A DNA stretch of 61,511 bases, the filler included. It is 15 parts of 15 records of this genome, joined end to end, with 100 filler letters (N's around TTAATTAATTAA, not from the genome) between each part and the next. Parts side by side here need not be neighbours in the genome. Positions count along the whole stretch, not along the records: positions 21,016 to 24,950 come from SRR7504441_27086; positions 25,051 to 28,377 come from SRR7504441_27143; positions 28,478 to 31,486 come from SRR7504441_27144; positions 31,587 to 35,650 come from SRR7504441_27150; 11 more parts are not named here. The stretch is one strand, 5' to 3'. This document shows positions 21,016 to 33,719 of this stretch, piece after piece (within the stretch, counting starts at the first letter, position 1; the number at the start of each line of letters is the position of its first letter). A model generated the notes under the pieces. The model saw nothing but the letters and a program-made list of their open reading frames with translations. It ran no database searches and was not told where the DNA came from. Made by a program: the position numbers and the translations under genes.

Positions 21016-24000
21016 TCAGTGATTACGCCGTCCCCATTCCGATCCATCCGGTCAAACTCATCCTCGACTTCATCGTCATAGGTGACGTGGCGCTGCGTTG
21101 GTCGGCCACTATCCACGTTTACCATGTTGGCCCACCTGGGTTGGGCATCACCAAAGTCTGCCAGGCGCATCGTCTGTAACCGGGCTTGAAATCTCTGGAC
21201 TGCGTCTGACAGACTAGACACATCCATATTGCCTATCGCTCTCATCTCAAGAGCACGGCTCGCCTGAAAACGCACAAATTGTCAGACTAATGCACACTCA
21301 AAGCAGTAAGTGTTGAGCGCACCTGGTGAACAAGCTTGACAAAGTTGCCATACTGCAGCACACCAACACCAGAGTAGTCAAACGAGCTTAAAAGTGCGGC
21401 AGACACTTCAGGTGCACAGTAGAGTCCCATCCCCCTCAACCCATCACTAAACTGCTCCAAAGACATACCGAATCGGCTGCCGTTTGTCCAATTCTGAAAG
21501 ACTTGTTTTGTGGAAACCTCCGAGGGCATCCTTTCTGATATCTGTGCGAGCATTGCGACTGCATTGGTGATGTAGGCTGCGTGCTGCATGCCAGGAGGGC
21601 CAAGCTGTGACTGCGCTGGATTGATTGGTTTGGGCGAATTCGCGGCAATGAATGTGCCACCGCCAATAGGGACGTTGACAGGGACTGGAATCGGTTGCTC
21701 CCCCCACCGACTATTATCCAAGCTGTTCATCTGGTCGGCCAGATTCTCATTTTCACGGCGATAGCCCGCAAGCAGTGCCTCCTGCTCGCGGATCTGGCTC
21801 TCCATGTCTTCGAGCTCGTCGACAGTACAGCCGTTGCTCAGCATGCCGCCATGCTGCAGTCGATCACGATTATTCCTGCTGGCCTGCATCTGCATTTGCT
21901 GCATGAGCTGCTGGTTGGCGTGTCTGGTCTGTCGAAGCTCCTCTTGGATAAATGCAGTGTTGGATCCAGGACTTCCACGCTGCTGTCCATAAGCATTTGC
22001 AAACTCTCGTCTGTCAATCACTCCATCGCCGTTGGTGTCCATTGCACGAAATGCAGCACCCGGCGAGCCGATGGCGTCAAAAGAGTTGCGGTTAACCTTC
22101 ACCTTCAGAGCATTCGACACGGCTGTCTTAAACTGCACAGTGCTGTAGCCGTCAAGCACGTGCATGAGCACGAACTCGACAAACTCGGGCCGCGAGAGGC
22201 TGTTGTTGAAGTCATTATGCAACTTGCTTAGACTTGCGCCCTGCAAACAAAAGTCAGATGACGGACAGGCAAGCTCAGGACGCACTGGACGAGCTTGCAT
22301 TGCTTCTATCAGGGGCCGCAACACAAAGTGGCCGAGGTAGCCCCCGCCGTGTGCATCGAGGCGATCAAATATCTCTAGGAGCATCCCCACGATAAAGCAT
22401 GTGAACTCGTCGAGATTGAGCCGTCCGGTGTTTGTGCTGAAGAGCCGCTGTCTCTCGATCAAGCCTCTTCTGCTCTCACCTGCAACAAAGCAAACACATC
22501 AAACGCATCAGGTAAGGCAGATTCCAAAATGATTCATGATAGAGTGCTTTAGGCAGCGGTCTCACTGGGGCGATTGGGACGAGTGTCGAGGAATGCCATC
22601 ACGTATTCATTTGTGATCCTACCAAGGTCCCGCTTGAGGATAGAACGGATGTCTCGGACCTGCAGCCAGCTGAGCATCCACTTCACATGGGTAAACTTGT
22701 TACCTCTGAGGTACTGATCCGACCTTCGTTTGCATGATCCAGCCTCCTATGGAGCTTGAAGACGCTGTCTTGGCTCAACGCACTCAGCTTGACACCGGCC
22801 CATTCGCCTTCCATCTCATTAGACCCGGTAGGAATTCTGCGCTTTCCACCAAGCATGATCAGCTGTAGAAGCCCCTGCTTGATCTCTCCTGCCCTCATCC
22901 CCACAATCATTGTGGTCACGATGTAGTCGATGAACACGCCCCTCTCGAGCTCAGCATTTGCGCCGCCAAAGCTCCGCATCATCTGTGCGTGATCGCGTCC
23001 CAGCGCCCTGCTCACAAGCTGCAATTCTCGCGAGTCCAGTGAGCCATTTTTGTTTCTATCCAAACGGTCAAAGGTGCCAAGCAGCACTTCTGTCAAGAAA
23101 TCGCGGAACTCTGGCTGGTGTATCCGCCCGTTCCGATCCTTATCAATCATGGCCATCAGCCTCTGGTTCTGCGCCTGGCCCCAGTGCTCACTAAGTGTGT
23201 CGCCCATTGCCGTCAGTTCGGAACTGTTAATGTAACCATTGCGGTCAACGTCCATTAGATTAAATAGCTGTAGTATCCGACTCTCAGGTGAGCCACCACC
23301 AGTTATGCCGTCACCACCCAGGAGAATCAGGTTAGCAAGCCCTTTAAGGCTGGATCCACCGCTCCGGACTGCCTGAATGCAACATGATACCACAAACCAA
23401 ACAAAGTGTGGACGTGACACTCTGTTTGAGCCAAGCTGGTTGAGCAGGGCTTCATGCTGGCAGTTGAAGGCAGCGCTGACACGCCTGAGTTCACGGTCTT
23501 CAAGGAAGCCGGTCCTGTCCTTATCAAGCCGGTCAAAGGCTGTGAGCAACATTTTCAGAATGAATGAGCCAAACTCTGGTGGATATACTCGTTGGTCCCC
23601 ATCTCGATCCAGCATAGACATCAAGTCTCTATTATGCTCTGGCGACCAGTGTGATTGCAGTGCTTGCCCGAGGGAAGCAAGCTCACGGTGGTCGAGAAAT
23701 CCGCTGCGATCACGATCAAGCAGCTGGAACAGCTGATTTATCATTGCTTTGGCGTCGTCCGGAGAACACTGTGACCCACCGCCACCACCAGGGCCCCCGC
23801 CACCCATTAAAAGCAGTGCAATCAAGCCTTGCTTAAACCTGCCGCTCTGTACAGCAGCAAGGCAGTGCCTGGCGACCCAGGCGACAAACGCTTGGCGAGC
23901 CAGTCGACCAGAGGGATCCATTCCCATCTGGTACAGGGTATCACGTGATGATTGCCCAAATGCGGTACTGATTTGCTGCAGTTCACCAGCTTCAAGCCAG

Positions 24001-24950
24001 CCAGATCGATCTGTGTCCAGTCGCTGGAAAGCAGTCTCCACTGCCCGGATGAGGAAGTCGCGAAACTCTGCATAATGAACCCGGCCATTCCGATCGCCGT
24101 CGATCAGCTGGAGCAGCCTGCTGTTCTGCTCGTGCGACCAGTTCTGCTGTAAGGTCTGTCCAAATGCACCCAACTCTCGGTTGTCCAAAAATCCACTGCG
24201 GTCCCTATCCAGACGCTGGAACAGCTCTTTGATAGTCGACTCTTGGGTGTTGCCGTCTGGAATGTCATCCCCGCCAAGCACAATGAGCTTGGCCAGTGCC
24301 TCGTGGTAGGTGCCTCGACTCATGTTTTGCAGGCATTCGCACACAATGAAGACCACCCATTGAGCACGCTGGACTGAGCCAGACCCAAAATTACGCATCA
24401 CGTCAGCATGATTCCGTCCAAGTGCCCTGCTTACTCTTTCCAGCTCATGGGAACCTAGGTAGCCATTTTGGTCCTTGTCAAGTCTATCAAATGCTGTCAA
24501 AAGCATCTTGACGATAAAATCCTTGAACTCTTCGATGTCAATACCACGCTCGCCATCCTTGTCGATCATTCCCATGAGGAGATTATTCTGATCTCGGTTC
24601 CAGTGTTTGGTGAAAGTCTTACCCCACTGGCCAAGCTCGTTGTGATCAATCGTTCTGTCGCACACAGGGATTCAGTTCCTAAGCCAAAGTGGTCTAGAAA
24701 AAAATCTAGTGGAGCATAAATATGAGCCTCACCCAGAGTTATCCCGATCAATCATCTGAAAGAGTTGTCGCAGCCGACCTTCAACTTCAGGCATGCGAGC
24801 AATCTGCCAATGCGATCCTGACACAGACAGGATGAGCTGCAATAGACACGAAATGAACAAGGGTCACCTTGACCTTGTCCATTGTATAATGGATCGATGT
24901 TACCATGAGCTCGATATTGAAGCCCGTCCCCGCCCATGATGAGCACATGC
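21016..24950 (-). CDS. Very large tandem-repeat EF-hand protein, open at both contig ends
   Basis: At least four ~155-aa repeats, each with three D-x-D-x-x-G loops (e.g. DRDRSGFLDNRE, DGDRNGRVHYAE, DTDRSGWLEAGE) and ending L-I/L-x-L/M-GG. Followed by further EF loops, a Q-rich coiled coil and DRNGDGVI. ORFs are linked by longer AT-rich introns. Confidence 0.8.
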
Positions 24951-25412
24951 NNNNNNNNNNNNNNNNNNNNNNNNNNNNNNNNNNNNNNNNNNNNTTAATT
25001 AATTAANNNNNNNNNNNNNNNNNNNNNNNNNNNNNNNNNNNNNNNNNNNNAGTCGTGCTTGTGCTTCTCCACCTCACCCTCCCGCGCCCTCGCCAGCCCG
25101 TACTCCTCGCACGCCTGCTTGCCCATGTCGCCCGTGTCTGATGCCCAGTGGGTCCCTCCGGTCCATCATCACACTGACCTTTCCGATTTGCCTCGAGTCC
25201 GTTAAAAAGCAGTGCTCAGCGGGGCGAGCGGCAGGTGGGCGCCTGAGGTGCGCGCTGGTCCGGCGTTACCCCGGAACGCCCATTTGCCGCCGACCAGTCT
25301 GGACAGGCTTGAGGTTAATTGCGCCGACGCGGGAGAAGAGCGCCCAGCAGCGCTCTGTCCGTGCCCTGCCGGCACTGGGAGGCCGTCGTCTGAGAAGGAG
25401 GAGGTCGGGGCA

Positions 25413-26354
25413 ATGCGCAGCTATGTGTATGAGAAGACACGTACCACATTTGGGGAGGCGTATCAGTGGGTCGAGGCGCGGCGCTACTCGCCAGAGATGG
25501 TTGTCCAAGGTGAGGCCCTGCTGGAGGCCGTCGTGGCATACATCAAGCACCAATATCCGGACGCCCCAGAGCCGACCGAGGATGAAATTACCTCCTCACT
25601 GTCCAATGCGCTGGAGCTGTCAACCAAGACAGTGGGCGTCGTTGAGATCGCCACGAGGACGTGTTTGGTGAAAGAGCCTCCAGTAAACCTAGGGGAAGAG
25701 CAGAAACCCTACGGGTGGTCGAACATCAGCCTCGAGGATATCGAAAAGGAGATACCCAATTACGCCGAGACCACGCTCGCTGTTGTCTACGAGCGAAATG
25801 AAGAACTGAAAGAGCGCCAGTGGTTTGGCAACCCTGGTCAGCATGGGAGCGGCTCGGTGCACCCACCAGCAGTGCTATGGGACATCGTCCAGACAGCCAA
25901 AACAGGAGGCTTTGAAGAGGCACAGCCCGTGACTCGTTACGATTTGATGCTTTTCTGTGAGGAGGTCTTCCCTCTCATTTCGGCACCATCTTATCAGTTT
26001 GCGGCGGTGGACCTACGACGTTTGCTGCTGGCACCACCTGAAGCGCATCCGCTGCCAGTAGCAGAGAAAGTAGGGGAAAATTTCATTCTCGATGTACTCG
26101 AACGGGAAGCTTTCATCCGCTGGTTCTCGCAGCTGTGGCTTGACGAGGAGGTACGTGAAGCGTGCCAGATTTCCTTGGCGGATGAGAGTTGGATGGACGT
26201 GGTGTTGAAGACACTAATCGGTAGTGTAAAAGAACCCGGGGCGTTCGATGGCGATTGTGCACCCATGAAAGACTGGGAGGCTGTACAGATTCTTCGCAAG
26301 GTGATGGATGAGAGAGACCCGGAGAGGCCCAGCGGAGGGTGCGGCATCATGTGA
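25413..26354 (+). CDS. Hypothetical acidic protein ending in a CaaX-like motif (CGIM)
   Basis: Long ORF with protein-like composition and C-terminus GGCGIM*. No family recognised. Start uncertain (ORF open from 25212). Confidence 0.6.
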   Translation: MRSYVYEKTRTTFGEAYQWVEARRYSPEMVVQGEALLEAVVAYIKHQYPDAPEPTEDEITSSLSNALELSTKTVGVVEIATRTCLVKEPPVNLGEEQKPYGWSNISLEDIEKEIPNYAETTLAVVYERNEELKERQWFGNPGQHGSGSVHPPAVLWDIVQTAKTGGFEEAQPVTRYDLMLFCEEVFPLISAPSYQFAAVDLRRLLLAPPEAHPLPVAEKVGENFILDVLEREAFIRWFSQLWLDEEVREACQISLADESWMDVVLKTLIGSVKEPGAFDGDCAPMKDWEAVQILRKVMDERDPERPSGGCGIM

Positions 26355-26550
26355 ACACTTTTTAAAAGTAATGAATCTACTATCTAACTGTTGACACTTG
26401 ACACCCCTACGTGTACACCCCTAAAGTCAATCCCGCCCACCCCGCCTATAGGCTTTGCGTGTTGCCCTTGTTTCTGTACCAGCTCCTCCTCCTTTGCGCA
26501 AGTGCGCATTTCTCCTAAGGTTTTAGGGGGTCGCGATGGGTGCGACCATT

Positions 26551-28280
26551 TCAATGAAGCATCTCGTTGTCAAAGTCCCCCGCTACGGTCCAGTAGGAAG
26601 CATCGGAGAACTTTGCCCGGCCGGGTAGCACGCTCTTGAGCACCTGGCCGCTTTGATTAATTTTCGCGAGAAGCGTAATCGGCTGCTTATGACACACACC
26701 TTGCCCACGATGGCGCCTGTGATGAGAGCAGTGACCAGAGTCAGCAGGGCACCCTCGATCTGTGCGGCAGGCTGCGAGCCGTTCCGGTCGTACTGGACAT
26801 CGCCTTGTGTAGAAGGTACTGCTGTGGCAATGGCAACGACCACTGACCCAATCAATGCGGGCATGCCATGTAAATTATGAACGCCACAGCTGTCGTGCAA
26901 GCCGATCTTGTCCTGGAGCACAGACTGAAGCTTGCTAAAACCTGTGGTGGAGACGGCGCCAGAGACGAGCCCGACAAGTAGGGCGGCCCAGGGTTGGATG
27001 CGCAGGTTGGAAGCGGCGCCAATCGCCACCCCGCCCGCAAGAGTGGCGTTCTGGGCATCGACGGTCGAGATTCTTCCGTTGAGCAGCCCTGACAGGGCAA
27101 AAGTGGCAAGCGCGCTTCCGCAAAGAGACATGACGGTGTTCGCTGTGGTGAGGAGCTGTTGGTCGTGCCCAAGAGGTGCTGTGGCCCCGTTGAAAGACCT
27201 ACCGCACCATCAATCCAAAGGCCGCCTTGAGCCACTCACGGCCAGTAGATCCAGAGCACAATCGTGCCGATCATCGACAGCACATCGCTAGTCGGTGACG
27301 GCTCCGCTTGGGCTTCATCCTCGGACTCAGGCTCCCCAAACACCCAGGCAGCTGCCAAGCCTGCACAAGCTCACGCGCCTGTGTGCCAACAGCGCTCACC
27401 AAAGTAGGCCCCGAAAAGGTGGATGAATACAGTGCCTCCCATGTCCAGCGTGCCGGTGCAATAGATGGCCAGCACTTCCTTATTGAAGCTGTAGATCGGC
27501 ACTTCCAAAATGGCAAGCATAGCCGTCTGCGAAGGCGTCAGCTGGCACCACCATCAGCCCGGGTGCCATCGCGGCCAGCAACCTTCCCGATCAGAGCCCC
27601 GTACGAGATCAGCACCTGACCAGATGAGCTGAGGCTCCCGATCAGCAGGCACCGCCGCTGCCGCGAAATTCCCGTTGAGTAGCGCGTTGATGTTGAGCTG
27701 GATAGCCGCCCAGTCGGACCCGGCTGGCCACACCGGTCGGGCCGGCAGCGGTCAGGCCTAACCGTCAACGATGGTGGGGTAGGAGGAGTCGGTCTTGCGA
27801 GTGACCGAGGCCCAGAACCGGCCTGTGAGGATGCACCATGGGATGCAGATGGAGGTGATCATGAAGGTGAACCCGATCGCCCCGAGCTGGAACTTGCGCA
27901 TGAAGGTCATCAGCAGCCCGAACCCTACCAGCATCATCACGGTGACCTGTAGCCGGCTCGGCAAGCCCGGCCGCCGCCGCACGTTGAGGTAGAAGATGTA
28001 TTGGATGTCATCGGCCGCCCGGAACCCGTCTTTCGGGTACTCGACGCAGCCTGCCGTGGCCGCTGGCCCCGGATGGGCCCAGCCACGTGCCTACGAAGAG
28101 CCCCAGGACGAGCGCAATCCACCCGAAGAGGATGCCAGAGAAGCGGCGCATTTCGGGCTGGTTGTCTTGGCTGGGCCGGTCCGTCCCGGGCAGCTGGTCG
28201 TACCAGCCATCCTCGCCGGGTTTGGCAGCGCCGTGCGGCCGGCCATACGCCAGGTGAGCCTCGTCCTCGTTTGGTGGCAT
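26551..28280 (-). CDS. Rh-family ammonium/CO2 channel, 8 introns
   Basis: [87 protein letters not shown]. These motifs are Rh-type, not Amt-type. First intron is GC-AG (28051-28090). Confidence 0.93.
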
Positions 28281-28785
28281 GCTTGATGATGATGATGATC
28301 CTGCTCCTCGAAGCTCTCTCGGGGCCCAAAGGGCACCTCCGGAGAGTTACAGGCTGGACCAACGTACACTGAGAATCNNNNNNNNNNNNNNNNNNNNNNN
28401 NNNNNNNNNNNNNNNNNNNNNTTAATTAATTAANNNNNNNNNNNNNNNNNNNNNNNNNNNNNNNNNNNNNNNNNNNNACCGGGCTGTATCGGGCTACACA
28501 CCTATGGGTCTGACGGGTCTCCCGCCTGGGCCCTCACGATCTGAAAAACTCCTGATGTTTATCGGAGGGGTGCACCCAACCAGCGGGCACCCATGGCGAA
28601 GAGTTCAAATGCCATTTTCATCCTTACTCTAGAGAGTAGAGACGTCCGCGTGTAGTGCTCACGGTGCTCAGAGATCTGACACAGCAGAGTCTGTGGCCCA
28701 TGGCCAAAACCTCAAGTCACATGATGACTTTGGCCAAATCTCCGTTGCGCGGAACCGCTCCATCACATCAACAGGCACTCGACTA

Positions 28786-29331
28786 ATGCTCGCCCTCCGC
28801 CGCACCGCCCCAGCCGCCGGCCGCTTCTTCTGCTCCTCGGCCCACGGTCCGCTCGGCCGCCGCCTGCCCTGGAGCCCCGGGCCGCAGGCTTCGCCCAGGT
28901 CCAGTCCTTTGTGTCTGAAAAGCTCTCGGCGGTACGCCCCGGCCCCCCGGCCCGGGCTGAGCAACCGCACAGGCCGAGTTCGACGGGGGCGCGATCGCCG
29001 GCGAGGTGGGGCCCGGCCAAGCCGGCGGGCGAACACGTGATAGGTCGACGCGCTGAAGAAGGGCGGGATTGTTAGCATGACGGTCCTCAAGCAGCTGAAC
29101 GAGCAAGACTGGCGGGACCTCGGACTTTCAGTTGGAAGCTCCCGGGTGCTGCAGGTGGGCCGGGCCCAGGGCCGGGCCAAGGCCGGGCAGACGCACGTGC
29201 GCCAGCTACGCGCGATTGAGGACAGCGAGGATCGGCCGCAGCCCAGGAAGCTGTCGCGGGTCCAGGCGCGCGTGTACAGGGGGGGAGGGGGCTGATTGGA
29301 GGGGCAGAGCCGCAAGCAGTGGCGGCTTTAG
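28786..29331 (+). CDS. Small protein with mitochondrial-type presequence and SAM-like motif, 5 introns
   Basis: Spliced: MLALRRTAPAAGRFFCSSAHGFAQVQSFVSEKLSAAEFDGGAIAGEVDALKKGGIVSMTVLKQLNEQDWRDLGLSVGSSRVLQTHVRQL..QWRL*. Five 36-42-nt introns; the last is GC-AG (29266-29307). Confidence 0.65.
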
Positions 29332-29623
29332 GCGTGCGCCCGGAGCAGTGGACGGCCGGTCGATGTTAGCCGCTTCCGAGTACAGGACACGTGGCGAGTT
29401 GAAGAGCAAGCGCCACCGAAGTGGCAACTATTGCGTTTTAGGTTCATGTACTTTTAGTTAGATATAGCAATCGCCTGCACAGCACTAAGTGATATGCAAC
29501 TAATGGTTAGCTCTAATCTTATTGGTCCAGTAAACATCTAGACTAGTAAGCGCGATCGATAAACATTCACGCACACTCAGACTAGTACGAGTACACGGAC
29601 TCAAAAAACAATGTACACTCGGC

Positions 29624-31464
29624 TCATCCATAGCTGTGGTCTTGACTTAGCATGGCTTGCCGAATCCGGCCTAAGGTCTTCTCGGCTCTCAGCCGCCTCA
29701 AGGCATCCTCCTGCCCCGGCGGCATCTCCCTGGGCTCGTGCTCCGCTTGCCCCTCCGGCTCTCTCCTCTGATCATGGAACATCTCGCCGCCGCCAGCATC
29801 CTGCGGCCCGGCCAGCTCCGGGAGGATCCGCGAGGCCGCCCGGTTCGGTTGGTGGAAGGGCGACCTGCTTGTATCATCCGCAGCGGTGTCCACTGGATCT
29901 GTCGTCTCCAACAGACTCTTCCTGAACATCATGCTCTACCCCACAGCTCAGCTCAGGCCCGGGCCGGGCAGATGCCTGCTCTTTGGTCCGGTTGAATCGG
30001 CCGAACGCGCGTGAGCTGAGTTGCTGTGCTTTGATCATTTCTAGGCAACTCAGGATCCCGACCAAGGCTTCGGTGGCCGAGCAGCGGAGCTGTCCAGATC
30101 TGAGGACCCCGCCCTCCCCGGGGGCACCTGCGGGTCCGGGCGCAGCATCCACTTGACCATATCTATAGTCTGGCCAGAGACCTGCCGCCGTGTTGATACT
30201 ACAGCAGCAGAGGCGCTCACCGGCTCCCATACGTCGCCTTGGAAATCGGCGTGCTTGGCGACGGCCCGTATCTGAGTGTTCCTGCCCTCGAGCTGCCCGC
30301 CGGTGAGACCCGCCCAGCCGGAGGCCCTACCTGGGCGAACGGGGACAGCCCAGTGAGGAGAGTGTACAGGCAGACGCCCACGCTGAACACATCGCTTCGT
30401 GACGAGAACCTGGGGAGCGCAGTGAGCCTTCCGGGGCGGTCTGGTGGCGAGGCACCGGCCAGCGGCCACTTCAGGCGACAGATAGTTGGCGGTGCCGGTC
30501 ACTCGAGTCAGCCTCTCAAGTGGCAGCCTGCACCGGATCAACTCGCGAGCCGAGAGCTACCCGCCTGTCGTCCAGATGAGGGTCGTAGCCGTCGGTGGTG
30601 GCCGCGTAACGGACAAGCTTCATCGGCTCGGCCGAGCCCTGCGAGCGCTGATCAGCTGGGTGGCAGGCCGGCGCCGCTCACGAAATCTACCAAAACGAGG
30701 TCCGATCCGATCTGCAGCCCACCATCAGCCACCCAGCACCGGGCTAGCCACCTCCCGGTCCGCAAACATAAAGTTCTCCGGCTTGACGTCCAGCTGCCCT
30801 AAGCTCAGCCGCCCGCCCGCCCGGCAAGCCACATGCACAATCCCAGCCCGGTGAACTGCCTCGATCGCTGAGAGCATTTGCGCTGCGACGCCGCTCACGT
30901 GCGAAGGGAGAGGGCGCACCGGCGAGGACCAAGGCGTCCTGCTCGGCCACTCCGCGCCCGCTCTGGTGAGACAGCTCGATGTAATCATACAAGTCGGCGC
31001 CTCTATAGAACGGAGTGACCTAATCCCAACAGTCGGGCCTGCAACGGTCGGGCCGCCGCACCAGCTGCATCTCCTTGGCGGTCTCGTAGCAGCCGATCAA
31101 CGGCATCACGAAGTCGTGATCCACCCCGCGAAGCATGCTCACCTGCTCACCTGCTCGCCCCCGGCCCGGCCGGCCCGCCACCTCCTGGTGGCAGCCTGGG
31201 TTGGCGTCCTTATCCATCCGCTTCACCGCCACCGGCCGACCGGTCGCCTTGCACCGGGCCTTCCACACGTCCGCAAACGCCCCCGCCCCCACCTGCCCGT
31301 CGCTCGGCCCACGCCCCCCGAGTCTAGCGAGCCTTGTCCTCCAGAGCGTAGTCCGCGGTCAGCGGCGTCCGGCGGCAGCCCGGGGCGGCCAGCCGGGGCG
31401 GGGCCAACGTGGCCATCAAGGCCTCGGCGCCGACCGCCGTGCAGATCGACCGCCGTGCGCGCAT
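29624..31464 (-). CDS. CAMK-like Ser/Thr protein kinase, 13 tiny introns
   Basis: Spliced motifs VGAGAFADV, VAVK, IVH|LDVKPENF, LVDF|G, GTANYLSPE, SDVFSVG, LTGLSPF, MLRPDPQ|LRCSATEAL. GC-AG introns at 31293-31332, 30528-30564, 29936-29975. Confidence 0.9.
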
Positions 31465-31586
31465 GTGGTGTTAACACACGGTTGTGNNNNNNNNNNNNNN
31501 NNNNNNNNNNNNNNNNNNNNNNNNNNNNNNTTAATTAATTAANNNNNNNNNNNNNNNNNNNNNNNNNNNNNNNNNNNNNNNNNNNN

Positions 31587-31616
31587 AGCGGGCATTCCGT
31601 AATTGATCGTGATGCT
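31587..31616. repeat. 30-bp perfect inverted repeat at the two termini of one contig (partner 35621-35650)
   Basis: AGCGGGCATTCCGTAATTGATCGTGATGCT at 31587-31616; its exact reverse complement is at 35621-35650. Confidence 0.95.
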
Positions 31617-33365
31617 GCGGCCCTGACCGGTGGTGACTGTATGCCTCCAGCCTGCAGGAAGTACCAACACATCGCCTGGTTTTAGATCTACGTCAACTCC
31701 ATGCTTGGACTCGGAGAAGAAAGCATGCCCATTCTCTGGGTTCATCTTGTCCAGCTTATTATAATCGGGGGTTGAAACTCTGAATCGTTTTGTGGTGCCC
31801 ACCAAATTCACGATGACTTGTGTAAAGTTATCAGCGTGACAAGTTGTTAATTGAGGTGCGTTAGTGCTGCCTTTGACAAACATTCTGGTTGGGGCCCGAT
31901 CACGTCCACTGGCTCTCGCTACCTTGACCTGCTGGTTGATGACTGTGTTGAGAGGGCGTGGCAGCAGCTCCTTCTTCATTCGGCAGTTCGGGTCGCCTTC
32001 CTCAAGTGGAGAAGCGCCGTGATGTTTTTTATCAGTAGCGGCGAAGTGCCACTGGCCATCTGCGTCGACTATGCAACTGCCTGCAGGCAACTCGCAGTAG
32101 GCAAACGCCGACCTGTGCACTTCAGACATGGTCAGTTCAGACCAATCCGCCTCGCTGGACTGTGAGCCGCTTTTTGTCGCCGCCTTGAATTTAATGCTCT
32201 CGTCCACAAGCTCCAAAAAATACTTGACGTTGTCCCATTTCTGCACAGCAGGCAGATCGGAGGCAAGCCCGCAGAAGAAATGTGGTCGCATTGGCTCGCT
32301 CCAAAGGCTCAGTATGGCACGTTCCTCTGTCATTACCGTTCTCTGATCCACTTGTTCTCTAAACGACTCGATCAGCTTGCCTGTGTCGCCCCACACCTGT
32401 TCCCGCACCGAACGCACACCGGGAGCAATCCGATTACCAACCTGCTGGGCCCACCAGTCTCTGACGGACTTGCAGCCGCCCTCTGCAAGCGGTGGCGTGT
32501 TTAGATCGAAGTCAGCGCCGGCGGCATGCAGAATGGCGATCAACATCTGGGCTTGATCCTGTACAATCGGATCCGGCAGTGCTTGGACAGCCCGACCAGC
32601 AGCAGTCCAGCCTTGTGCATCCTTCGCATCTATCTGTCCATCGCCGACAAGCTTCGCTAGTGTATCAGTATTGTCGTCCAGCAACCGAGTTAAAGAAAGA
32701 TCTAGTATTGGCTGTAACTCGGTCTGGCCTCCGGTCTGGTCTCCTTGGCCTCCGGTCTGGCCTCCTCCTCCGGTCTGCTGCGTCTCTTCATGCACCTCAG
32801 TCTCCTCCTCTTCCTCCTCTTCCCCATCCACCACCACTACTTCTTCCTCCTCCTCCTCCTTCCCCGGCTGGCTTGCATCCTCGTGTGCCTCCGCCGCCGC
32901 CTCCTCACGCAGCTGCTGGTGTGCATCCGGTGCCGCCGAGGCCTGCTGCTGCTGCGATGCTGCTTTCAGCGGCTTCTCGCACGATGCGCACTTTTTCCTT
33001 CGCGCGTTCTGCTTCATTACTACGCAACAGAATGGGCATCGGACGTACCCAGGCCGGACCGCCTGGCAAACATCGCATTGCATGCACTCGTCCCGATTGC
33101 GCAGGGTGCACTGCCCGCACACCCACTCTTGCTTGGGCTTCTTGACCGGGTCAGGCGCAGCTGGGCTGTCTGCGGGCCGTTTGCGCTGCGGGCCGTCTGC
33201 TCGGAGCAGGGCGATCTCCCGGTCTCTGGCGGCCAGCTCCTCTCGCAGACGGGCCAGCTCGCGCTCCATCGACTCCCGATCCGCCTGTGCGGCCCGCAGC
33301 GCCCCAGCCAGCTGCTCCACCAGCCCTGCAGCCGTGACCAGCCCGGAGGCTGTGCCAGCCTCCAT
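31587..33365 (-). CDS. RanBP2-type zinc finger + JmjC/cupin protein, 3' truncated
   Basis: WVCGQCTLRN....CDVCQAVRP zinc finger, a second CxxC..CxxC, acidic and QTGG low-complexity linker, JmjC TTCHADN..LKPGDVLVLPAGWRHTV..SITINY. Intronless. Confidence 0.82.
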
Positions 33366-33719
33366 CACTCTCTCGAGCGACGCCCAGCTGCCTGCACCGC
33401 CCCCAGCTGATCACACAAGACGTTGCTCGTCCTGGTGCTTCAAGCACAAACAAGCTTCAAGCACAAACAAACTGCAGGCGGTGCCGCGGATGCCCCCAGC
33501 TCGGGTGGGACGCTTCGGGGGCGGGCAGGGTGGGGCGGGCGGGTCGGCTCCAACCCGGGCCGCGATGGCCGGCGGTCGGCTGCGGACGATGATCGTGGCG
33601 ATTCGACAATATTCTTGAACGTAATCCAATCCATCGATCCATAAGTAGGCAATTCGACCAATGTTATCAGAAATTTAAAGTTACTTTAGATTGCATGTAA
33701 AACCGCTTCAGTATAGTCA

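Noticed and set aside
28478-28785. Structured ncRNA or C/D snoRNA (ATGATGA, several hairpins)
   Set aside because: No coherent box C/D pairing. The region can be read as 5' exons of a minus-strand gene (ATG 28621) with two typical ~36-39-nt introns; neither reading is well supported.
29647-29656. U6 snRNA-like TTAGCATGGC
   Set aside because: Only 10 nt, antisense within the kinase CDS, with no ACAGAGA box.
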